Positions 7,389 to 14,908 of a stretch of 41,648 bases of DNA are shown piece after piece (the stretch's first letter is position 1; each line of letters starts with the position of its first letter). Both the position numbers and the translations under genes were made by a program. The stretch is from IMG/VR virus record IMGVR_UViG_3300037483_000883, positions 1 through 41,648 of that record, one strand, 5' to 3'. This DNA is from a virus. Lineage: Duplodnaviria > Caudoviricetes. The notes beneath the pieces were generated by a model. The model made no database searches, was not told where the DNA came from, and saw only the letters and a list, made by a program, of their open reading frames with translations.

Positions 7389-7621
7389 TGGCGGCCGCAG
7401 CAATCGCCGCGCCAGCGCCAGCGGAGTGTACGGTCGAGAGCCACGAGGCCGCCAAGGCCAGTCTCGAGGCCTACCTCGCCAGCGTGATCAACCTTCGCCC
7501 ATGGCCCGGTATCGGGCTGATGGGCGAGTGCGCGTGCTGCCCGCACGACAAGCCGTCGACGCTGCTGTTCGGGCTCGACGACGACGAGGCCGCGGCGGTT
7601 ATCGCCAGCGCGAGGCGGTAG
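7388..7621 (+). CDS. Small hypothetical protein (Cys cluster CACCPH)
   Basis: Coupled start, GC3 bias. Confidence 0.6.
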   Translation: MAAAAIAAPAPAECTVESHEAAKASLEAYLASVINLRPWPGIGLMGECACCPHDKPSTLLFGLDDDEAAAVIASARR

Positions 7622-7623
7622 CG

Positions 7624-7788
7624 ATGCCGCCTCGCGTCCCCGGGCTCGACGTCACCGTCGACGAGCTCGCTTACCTGGTGCGCGTCCTCGCGGGCCGCAC
7701 CGACCTGCAGGGCCTGGCCCTGTTCCGGCGCGCGAGCGCCCTACTCGCTGAGGTGGAGAAGCGTGGACATCATCGACGTCATCGGTAG
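7624..7788 (+). CDS. Small hypothetical protein
   Basis: MPPRVPGLDVTVDELAYLVRVLAGRTDLQGLALFRRASALLAEVEKR; fills the gap in the operon. Confidence 0.55.
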   Translation: MPPRVPGLDVTVDELAYLVRVLAGRTDLQGLALFRRASALLAEVEKRGHHRRHR

Positions 7789-8779
7789 CGACCCGTCGTC
7801 GCAGACCATCAACAGCTTTGGGATCGGCGCCAGCGAGATCGCGGCGGCGGTGGGTCTCAACCGCTACCACCCGCCGCTCTCGCTCTGGCTCGACAAGACC
7901 GGGCGCACGTCCGGCTTCGATGGCAACGAGGCGACCTGGTGGGGCCACGTCCACGAGCCGGGGATCCGCCGCAAGTATATCGAGCGGCACCAGGTCGCGA
8001 TGTACGTGCCGGCCGAGTCCCTCTACCACCCCACGCTCAAGTGGATGCGCGCGACCCCCGACGGCATCGTCGTCGACGTCTCGACCGGTCCGCCCAGGTG
8101 GCTTTACTGCGTGCAGATGAAGGCGCCCGGCGGCCGCCAGATGTACCGCTGGCCGGAGAGCGGCGAGATCGCCGACGTGCCGATCGAGTACCTCTGCCAG
8201 GTCGCGCAGGAGTGCACGGTCACCGACCTGCCCCGCTGCGACCTGGCGACGCTGCTCACCAACAACGATTACCGCGAGTACACCTACCACCGCGACGTCG
8301 ACTTCGAGCGCGACCTCACCGAGGCCGGCGCCGAGTTCTGGGCCTGCGTCGAGCGCGACGAGCCGCCGCCCGTCGATGCCTCGAAGGCCTGGGCCGACTA
8401 CCTCGAGGAGCAGGCCGCGCGCGCGGTCAAGCGCGGCGTCATCGCGCCCCGCTCGCCCACCACCGACCAGCTCGCGGCCGACCTCTACGAAGCGCACCGC
8501 GAGAAGGTGCGAGCCCTCGAGCGCTTTGACGGCCTCAAGCACCAGGCCGAGCAGGTGCTCGTCAGGGCCGGCGCCGACGTGCTCGACACGGACCTCGGCG
8601 CGTTCACCTGGCGCACGAACAAGGACGGGACCTCGACGGACTGGGAGGCGATCGCGCGCGAGCTCGGCGCCGACCGGTCCGACTTCGCCGAGGTCCGGCA
8701 GCGACACACCACCGCAACGCGAGGGGCGCGCGTCTTCCGCCTGCCCAAGGCGTTCCACAAACCAGAAGGGATTCGATAG
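7763..8779 (+). CDS. YqaJ-like viral recombinase exonuclease (lambda Exo family)
   Basis: GIGASEIAAAVGLNRY..PLSLWLDKTG, WGH..EP.I, HP...WMRATPDG, VP.EY.CQV. Confidence 0.92.
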   Translation: MDIIDVIGSDPSSQTINSFGIGASEIAAAVGLNRYHPPLSLWLDKTGRTSGFDGNEATWWGHVHEPGIRRKYIERHQVAMYVPAESLYHPTLKWMRATPDGIVVDVSTGPPRWLYCVQMKAPGGRQMYRWPESGEIADVPIEYLCQVAQECTVTDLPRCDLATLLTNNDYREYTYHRDVDFERDLTEAGAEFWACVERDEPPPVDASKAWADYLEEQAARAVKRGVIAPRSPTTDQLAADLYEAHREKVRALERFDGLKHQAEQVLVRAGADVLDTDLGAFTWRTNKDGTSTDWEAIARELGADRSDFAEVRQRHTTATRGARVFRLPKAFHKPEGIR

Positions 8780-8781
8780 CG

Positions 8782-10005
8782 ATGAGCGAACAGCAGCAGA
8801 CAGGAGTACTCGTCCTTCCGCCGTCCGGCGGCACCTCGGTGCAGCGGTCGGGTTTCGGCGGCACCGAGCTCGAGCGGCGGCACGAGACGCAGTCGAGCGC
8901 CCTGGCCGCACGAGCCAAGGCCGAGATCGAGGCGCGGTGGATCGTGGCCATGCGACAGCCGCGGAGCTGGGACAAGGTGCGCCTCGACCTGTTGCGCGAG
9001 TGCGAGCGCCCCGGCTTCGCCGAGTCGGCGATGTTCTCCATCAAGCGCGGCCGCAAGAAGAACCAGGCGACCGGCCACTGGGAAGACAACATGGTCGAGG
9101 GGCTCACGATCCGCTTCGCCGAGGCGGCGATGCGCAGCATGGGCAACCTCTCGGCCGAGCCGACTGTGGTCTACGACGACAACGACAAGCGCATCGTGCG
9201 CGTGACCGTGATGGACCTCGAGAGCAACGTCACCTACGTCGAGGAGTTCGTCATGCGGAAGGTGGTGGAGCGCAAGGAGCTGCGCGAGGGACAGGCCTCG
9301 CTGGGCGAGCGCTTCAACGCCTATGGCGACCGCGTCCACCTGGTCGAGGCCACCGACGACGACGTCGCGCAGAAGCAGGCCGTGCTCGCGAGCAAGGCGA
9401 TCCGCAACAGCGTGCTCCGCCTGCTGCCCGGCGACTACCGCGACGACTGTATCCGGCGCATCGCCGAGACCAAGACCGCAGTGGTCAATAAGGACCCTGA
9501 CAAGGCCAAGCGCGACATCCTCGAGGCCTTCCACCGACTGGGCGTCGGGCCCGACGCGATCGCCACGTACCTGGGGCACCCGCTCGAGCAGACGACGCCA
9601 GCCGAGCTCGTCGAGCTACGCGGCATCTTCGCCGCCGTGCGCGAGGGCGAGGCCTCCTGGTCGGACGTGCTCAGCGCGCGCGAGGGCGACGGCAAGGGCA
9701 AGCCGAGCCCCGCCGCCGCGAAGCTGCGCGAGCGAATCGAGGCGCAGAAGAAACGGGCTGCAGCGCCGCCGGCGAAGCCGGAGGGTGAGCCCGAGCCGGC
9801 CGAGGCGGCCAAGCCCGAGAAGCCGGCCGAGGCCAAACCGGCGGCGGCCGCCAAGCCGGAACCCGCGGCGAAGTCCTCGCGAAAGCCGAAGGCGCCGTCC
9901 GCGCCGCTGCCACCGCCAGACGACGACGAGGGTCCGAGCACCTGCGGTGACTGCGGCACGCCGGTCCCCGATGGCGACAACCTTTGCGAGGAGTGCGCGT
10001 CGTGA
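8782..10005 (+). CDS. Putative single-strand annealing / recombination partner protein with C-terminal Zn ribbon
   Basis: Directly after YqaJ; RP.FAE.AMFS...VEGLTIRFAE.A...MGN...DLESN...SKAIRN.VLRLLP core; Pro/Ala/Lys linker; CGDC...CEEC tail. Confidence 0.6.
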   Translation: MSEQQQTGVLVLPPSGGTSVQRSGFGGTELERRHETQSSALAARAKAEIEARWIVAMRQPRSWDKVRLDLLRECERPGFAESAMFSIKRGRKKNQATGHWEDNMVEGLTIRFAEAAMRSMGNLSAEPTVVYDDNDKRIVRVTVMDLESNVTYVEEFVMRKVVERKELREGQASLGERFNAYGDRVHLVEATDDDVAQKQAVLASKAIRNSVLRLLPGDYRDDCIRRIAETKTAVVNKDPDKAKRDILEAFHRLGVGPDAIATYLGHPLEQTTPAELVELRGIFAAVREGEASWSDVLSAREGDGKGKPSPAAAKLRERIEAQKKRAAAPPAKPEGEPEPAEAAKPEKPAEAKPAAAAKPEPAAKSSRKPKAPSAPLPPPDDDEGPSTCGDCGTPVPDGDNLCEECAS

Positions 10006-11303
10006 AGATCACCGCCTACGAAGCCAAGGATTATAAGCGCGTCGAGCACGTCCGCATCGAGCCCGGCGATCGTGCCTTGTTGGTCATCGGCGGCAGGAAC
10101 GGCCAGGGCAAGAGCAGCCTGCTCGACGGCCTCACCGCGGTGTTCGGTGGCGCGCGCCAGACCGACGCCGATCCGGTCCGCCACGGCGCCGACGCGGCCG
10201 AGCTCACGGTCGAGCTGGACGGCGGCGACGTGCTGATCCGCCGGCGCATCACCGCTGGTGGCACGAACACCCTCGAGGTGTTCGACGCCTCGGGCAAGCG
10301 GCGGTCCCCGCAGGCCGTGCTCGACCAGCTGGTCGGCCAGCGCTTCCTCGACCCGCTGGCCTTCCTGCGACTGGCGCCGAAGGGGCAGCGCGACGCGTTG
10401 CTCGGCGTGACGAAGTTCCCCAAGGGCTTCAGTCTGCCGCGCTGGGAGATCGATCACTCGAAAGCCTACGAGGCTCGCCGCGACCTCGGGCGCGCGCGCA
10501 AGCAGGCCGAGGCGGAGGCCGGTGCACCCGAGCCGCCCGAAGCGCCGGAGCCGGTCTCGGCGAGCAGCTTGGTCGTGCGAGTCACCGAGATCCAGGCCCG
10601 GCAAAAGGAGGCGCAGCTACACCACGACCAGGTCGCCGGCGTCGTGCGCGCGGCCGAGGCAGCCGAGGCAGCCGTCGAACGACAGCGCGAGGTGGTCGCG
10701 CGCGCGCAGGCTCATCTCGCGGCGCTCGAAGAGAAGCGCGACGCGGCCAGCGCGAGCGCCGACGAGTGGCGCGGCATGGACCCGCCCGCCGATGAGGACG
10801 AGCTGGCCGCCGAGCTCGCCACGGTCCGCGAGCAGCTGGCGGACATCGAGTCGACCAACCAGGTCGCGCGCGAGGCCGCCGCCGAGCGCCGCACCTGGGA
10901 GGAAGCGCAGGCGCGCGCCTTCGCCGCCCGCCGAAAACACGAGGCCGTCGAGGCTAAGCTCGAGGCGCTCGAGGAGCAGAAGGCCGCCGCCCTCGCCGCG
11001 GCCGAGACCCCGCTCGAGGACGTCGACATCGACGCCGCCCAGGTCCTGCTCGGCGGCGTGCCGTTCGCGCAGGCGTCCAACGCCGAGCAGCTCCGCGCCT
11101 CGCTGGCGATCGCCATGGCGATGAGTCCGACCATCCACGACGTCTGGGTGAAGGACGGCTCGCTGCTGGACGCCGACTCCCTCGAGCTCGTCCGCCAGAT
11201 GGCCGAGGAGCGCGACTACCGTGTCTGGCTGGAGCGCGTCGGCGATGGCGACCCGGGCGCGCTGATCATTCAGGCCGGCGCGCTCAAGGAGCCCGCAGCG
11301 TGA
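10002..11303 (+). CDS. SMC/Rad50-like split ABC-ATPase with coiled coil
   Basis: Walker A GRNGQGKSS, long coiled coil, signature-like ASNAEQL and Walker B/D-loop-like VWVKDGSLLD. Confidence 0.85.
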   Translation: MKITAYEAKDYKRVEHVRIEPGDRALLVIGGRNGQGKSSLLDGLTAVFGGARQTDADPVRHGADAAELTVELDGGDVLIRRRITAGGTNTLEVFDASGKRRSPQAVLDQLVGQRFLDPLAFLRLAPKGQRDALLGVTKFPKGFSLPRWEIDHSKAYEARRDLGRARKQAEAEAGAPEPPEAPEPVSASSLVVRVTEIQARQKEAQLHHDQVAGVVRAAEAAEAAVERQREVVARAQAHLAALEEKRDAASASADEWRGMDPPADEDELAAELATVREQLADIESTNQVAREAAAERRTWEEAQARAFAARRKHEAVEAKLEALEEQKAAALAAAETPLEDVDIDAAQVLLGGVPFAQASNAEQLRASLAIAMAMSPTIHDVWVKDGSLLDADSLELVRQMAEERDYRVWLERVGDGDPGALIIQAGALKEPAA

Positions 11304-11548
11304 GCGGCGAGAGCAAGTGCCGCTCGTGCGGCGCCCTCGTCCTCTGGGTCGAGATGCACCCGAGCGGCAAGAAGAACCCGCTCGATGCGGTGCCGACCGA
11401 GACCGGCAGCATCGAGCGCAAGCGCGGGAACCACAGCGACACCTACTACGGGCGGGTCGTGCCGATGGCGGAGCGGGTCGAGGGGCAGCGGCTCTACACC
11501 TCGCACTTCGCCACCTGTCCGAACGCCAAGCAACACCGCAACCAGTAA
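11300..11548 (+). CDS. Small Zn-binding phage protein
   Basis: CRSCGA.V.W...SGKKNPLD...YTSHFATCP. Confidence 0.8.
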   Translation: MSGESKCRSCGALVLWVEMHPSGKKNPLDAVPTETGSIERKRGNHSDTYYGRVVPMAERVEGQRLYTSHFATCPNAKQHRNQ

Positions 11549-11567
11549 GACCACCCGAAAGGAAGCC

Positions 11568-13178
11568 ATGACGCAGACCACCGAGACGCGCAGCCCCAAA
11601 GACCTGCGCCCGAACAAGACCAACCCGCGCACCGACCTCGACATCACCGAGCTCACCGCCTCGATCAAGGAACACGGCATCCAGTCGCCGCTCGCGTGCC
11701 TGCCCGACGGCGAGCTCGTCTACGGCCACCGGCGCCTGGCTGCGGCGAAGAAGCTCAAGCTGCCGGCGGTGCCGGTGATCGTCCGCGCCGACCTGGTGGG
11801 CGACCTCGAGGCGATCGCCATGGCCCAGCTCGTCGAGAACCTGCAGCGCGCGGACCTGCACCCGCTCGACGAGGCCGCCGCCTACGCCAAGATCGCGGCC
11901 GAGCACGCGCGCTCGACGGTCGAGATCGCGGCGCTCGTCGGCAAGAGCGAGGCCACGGTCCGCCGGCGCCTGCTCCTGGCCGAGCTCGTCGAGGGCGGGC
12001 GCGTGGCCCTGCGCGATGGCCGGCTCTCGGTCGCCGCGGCCGAGGCGATCGGCAGGCTCGCGCCGGCGTCGCAGACCGAGGTGCTAGACGACGTGCTCGA
12101 CCGGCATCGGCCGCCGAAGAAGGGCGAGGAGGTCACGCCGCTCACGGCCAGCGAGATCCGCTGGCAGATCGAGCGCCAGCTCCGCCAGCTCAAGGAGGCG
12201 CCGTTCGATCCCAAGGACGAGCTGCTCGTCGAGCTCGCCGGCTCCTGCTCGCTCTGCCCGCGGCGCACCGGCAACCAGGGCGACCTCTGGGGCGACTTCA
12301 AGGTCGGCGACTCGTGCACCGATGCGGCCTGCTGGGACAAGAAGGTCGACGCGGCGTGGCACGTCCAGGTCGATAAGCACACGGCGAAGGGCGGCGAGAT
12401 CCTGCAGGAGAGCGCGGCGAAGAAGATCCTGCACACCGATGGCCGCCTGCACTATGGCGTCGAGAAGACGTACGCGGTCCGCACCCAGAAGGTCGACGCC
12501 AACGACCCCAGCTCGAAGGCACCGACCTGGTGCAAGTTGCTCGGCAAGAGCATGCCGCCGCCGCTGCTCGCGCGCGCGCCGAGCGGCAAGGCGGTGAAGC
12601 TCTACCGGGTCGCCGACCTCAAGAAGGCCGCGAAGGACGCCGGGGTCAAGGTGCCGGCGCGCGAGAAGCTCAGTAAGCCGAAGGCGAGCGGCCCGTCCCT
12701 GGGGTCGACGAGGTCGCGCCACGACGTGCTGCAGATCGCGACCGGCCGAATCGTCACCGCGATCGTCGAGCAGCACCGGAGCAAACTCACCGCCCCGGCG
12801 GTCGTGCTCCGCGACATGATCGGCGCGCTGCTCGTCCCTCCCCCTAAGGACCGCACCGACGACGGACACATGAGCTCCGCGCGCTTCGACGAGCTGCGCG
12901 AGCTCGAACAAAAGGGCGGCAAGGCCGACCAGTTCGAGCTGGTCCTCGGCGTCTGCGAGGTCAACCTCCGCGAGGCGAGCTACGTGTACGGCGGCAAGCT
13001 CCACGTGCTGCTGGTGGCCGCAGCCGACGAGGCGGGCGTCGACCCCGGCGCGATCGTCAAGGAGGTCGAGGCCGAGCTCAAGGCCAAGGAGGCGGAGGAG
13101 AAGGCCGCCGCGAAGGCGAAGAAGAAGCCGGCCGCCAAGGCCAAGAAGAAGCCCACCACCAAGAAGGGAGCCAAGTAG
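11568..13178 (+). CDS. parB: ParB/RepB/Spo0J-family protein with Cys cluster and Lys/Ala-rich tail
   Basis: NPR, L..SIKEHGIQSPL, YGHRRL.A, ENLQRADL.PLDEA, HTH; GSCSLCP...CTDAACW; RBS AAGGAAG before ATG 11568. Confidence 0.88.
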   Translation: MTQTTETRSPKDLRPNKTNPRTDLDITELTASIKEHGIQSPLACLPDGELVYGHRRLAAAKKLKLPAVPVIVRADLVGDLEAIAMAQLVENLQRADLHPLDEAAAYAKIAAEHARSTVEIAALVGKSEATVRRRLLLAELVEGGRVALRDGRLSVAAAEAIGRLAPASQTEVLDDVLDRHRPPKKGEEVTPLTASEIRWQIERQLRQLKEAPFDPKDELLVELAGSCSLCPRRTGNQGDLWGDFKVGDSCTDAACWDKKVDAAWHVQVDKHTAKGGEILQESAAKKILHTDGRLHYGVEKTYAVRTQKVDANDPSSKAPTWCKLLGKSMPPPLLARAPSGKAVKLYRVADLKKAAKDAGVKVPAREKLSKPKASGPSLGSTRSRHDVLQIATGRIVTAIVEQHRSKLTAPAVVLRDMIGALLVPPPKDRTDDGHMSSARFDELRELEQKGGKADQFELVLGVCEVNLREASYVYGGKLHVLLVAAADEAGVDPGAIVKEVEAELKAKEAEEKAAAKAKKKPAAKAKKKPTTKKGAK

Positions 13179-13322
13179 ATGCCCCGAATCGCCTGCCCCT
13201 GGTGTCGAGGCGGCCGCGATCGTCGCCGCCGCCGTCATCGCCGCCGTCGTCTGGAGAAGGCGGCGATGTACGCCAGGATGGCTATACCCTGCACCGCGTG
13301 CGCCGAGGCGGGCTGCTCGTGA
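13179..13322 (+). CDS. 47-aa Arg-rich CxxC...CxxC miniprotein
   Basis: Hand translation MPRIACPWCRGGRDRRRRRHRRRRLEKAAMYARMAIPCTACAEAGCS; starts immediately after the parB stop; GTGA overlap with the next gene. Confidence 0.6.
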   Translation: MPRIACPWCRGGRDRRRRRHRRRRLEKAAMYARMAIPCTACAEAGCS

Positions 13323-13489
13323 TCGTCGCGCTGCTCATCGCTGGTGTCGTCCTCTGGCTACTTTGGCTCGGCTTCGTCCTGCTCGTCGATCATGCGGTCG
13401 CCCTCCAGGTCGGCGGCCGCGGCCAGCTCTGCGAGTGGTGGCGGCGCCGGCGCGAGGCCCGGCGGTACCGGGCGCGGGTGCGGCGGTGA
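13319..13489 (+). CDS. Small membrane protein
   Basis: VIVALLIAGVVLWLLWLGFVLLV transmembrane segment, basic tail; GTGA overlaps at both ends. Confidence 0.6.
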   Translation: MIVALLIAGVVLWLLWLGFVLLVDHAVALQVGGRGQLCEWWRRRREARRYRARVRR

Positions 13490-13740
13490 GCGAGGTCGTG
13501 TGCAAATTGGCCTTCCTCGCCGGCATGGCCTCGGTGACCGAGTGCGATCGCCTCGTGGATGAGGGCGAGCACGCGCACGGCTGGCGCTTCGTCAGCTGTC
13601 CTGGCTGCCTGTCCCGCCTGTTGCAGCAGGACATGGCCAAGGGTGCGTCAGTCGAGGCGATCGCCTGGGCGTACGGCATCGAAGACAGAGAGGCGCTCCG
13701 CGCGGCGGCGCTGAGCGTGCACCCTGCTGGTGACAGCTGA
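13486..13740 (+). CDS. Hypothetical protein (Cys/His motif, possible C-terminal HTH-like helices)
   Basis: Coupled GTG start; C...H...CPGC; GASVEAIAWAYGI. Confidence 0.55.
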   Translation: MSEVVCKLAFLAGMASVTECDRLVDEGEHAHGWRFVSCPGCLSRLLQQDMAKGASVEAIAWAYGIEDREALRAAALSVHPAGDS

Positions 13741-13836
13741 CATGACAGCCAGATTGTTGGCCGTCCGGCTGGCCGGACAGCAGGACGCGAGATCGGGCAC
13801 TTATCCACCGGCACGCCGCGTGCTGTGGACAGAGTC

Positions 13837-14022
13837 ATGCTCGCTCAGACCCCGATCTCCCTCGTCTGCCTGTTCGCCGCCCTGGCTCTCGCCAACGGCC
13901 AGCACGCCCTGGCTGCCGCCTGCGTCGATGACCTCGAGCTCCTGGTTTCGGGGCTCGACCCGGGCGTCGTCGCCGAGCTCGGGCGCGCCCATCTCCGACG
14001 CGCCGGGCCAGACGCGAGCTAG
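13837..14022 (+). CDS. Small hypothetical protein
   Basis: GC3-biased ORF with hydrophobic N-terminus. Confidence 0.45.
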   Translation: MLAQTPISLVCLFAALALANGQHALAAACVDDLELLVSGLDPGVVAELGRAHLRRAGPDAS

Positions 14023-14062
14023 AGGCATCGCCACGGGCCTGGATTCCGGCTACCCTTCGGGG

Positions 14063-14512
14063 ATGCGCTTCACCATCGCCATCGGCATCATCGCGCTGCT
14101 CCTGACCCTGGTCTCTGCCTGCGGTGAGGGGGCCGCCGGCCCCGGCGTGATCGTGCCGGCCGAGTGCGAGGCGACGTACACCCGGACGGTGACCTACGAC
14201 AGCGGCATCGTCGTCGAGACCGTGGACTACGTCGCCCCGGCGGCGATCGACTCGACCGCCGAGGCGTTCCCGATCGTGCAGGTCCTGCTGTGCTCTCGCG
14301 AGACCTTTGACGAGGCGTGCCCGCTCGATGCCGACTGCACTGGCCGCGGCCAGACGCCGTCGTGCGAGCTCGTGTCGTCGGTGCCTTTCGTGAGCGCATC
14401 GAGCATCGAGGTCCCGTGCGGCCAGGTGGTCGAGACGACCCTGCCGGGGAGTCCGCTCGTGCGGCGCTCCGGGTACCGGTGGCGCGAGGTGAGCGTCACG
14501 ATGCGCGACTAG
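14063..14512 (+). CDS. Putative Cys-rich lipoprotein
   Basis: MRFTIAIGIIALLLTLVSAC lipobox; six further Cys; beta-rich. Confidence 0.75.
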   Translation: MRFTIAIGIIALLLTLVSACGEGAAGPGVIVPAECEATYTRTVTYDSGIVVETVDYVAPAAIDSTAEAFPIVQVLLCSRETFDEACPLDADCTGRGQTPSCELVSSVPFVSASSIEVPCGQVVETTLPGSPLVRRSGYRWREVSVTMRD

Positions 14513-14790
14513 CGCTCGGTCGCCGGCGGCTCGTCGAGCACGCGCGTGACCGCGTCCACCGCCTGGCGCAGCGGCATCCGCTGGCGTGCCCGCGCGAGCG
14601 CGGCCTCGACGACGAAGCGAGATCGCGAGGCCGCGCCATCGCGGTCCACGGCCGCGTCGATCTCGGCGAGCTCGTCCTCGCCCCAGGCAACCGCGCGGTA
14701 TCTCTGAGATACACCTACGCAACAATTGCATAGCGCCAGCACGCGCTGAGCTGCGCTGTGAGCGGCGGACCGCGGCCCCCTCGCGAGCAT
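14509..14790 (-). CDS. Ribbon-helix-helix (CopG/Arc-like) DNA-binding protein; start uncertain
   Basis: RYRAVAWGEDELAEIDAAVDRDGAASRSRFVVEAAL fits the RHH strand-helix-SRS-helix pattern. Confidence 0.6.
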   Translation of the reverse strand: MLARGPRSAAHSAAQRVLALCNCCVGVSQRYRAVAWGEDELAEIDAAVDRDGAASRSRFVVEAALARARQRMPLRQAVDAVTRVLDEPPATER

Positions 14791-14897
14791 GCGGAGGTGA
14801 CCCGATCCTCGGCGTGGTGGGCATCCTGGCGAGCCGAAATCGGACCACGGCCCGTGCCGGTGCTGCCCGGCTGTTCAGTGTGGCGCAGCTAAGTGCG
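14742..14897 (+). ncRNA. Candidate structured RNA (long closing stem, branched interior)
   Basis: 14742-14766 pairs with 14870-14897: 24 of 25 positions, 5 of them G-U, with one 3-nt bulge; inner helix cgtggt/accacg and hairpins ccgat-cc-tcgg and ccga-aa-tcgg. Confidence 0.5.
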
Positions 14898-14908
14898 CGG
14901 GGGCATAT

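Noticed and set aside
14509-14790. Type II toxin-antitoxin pair
   Set aside because: An RHH protein is present but no adjacent toxin-like ORF (PIN, RelE/ParE, HicA) is recognisable.
14742-14897. Retron msr/msd or simple intrinsic terminator
   Set aside because: No reverse transcriptase nearby; the structure is too long and branched and has no U-tract on either side.
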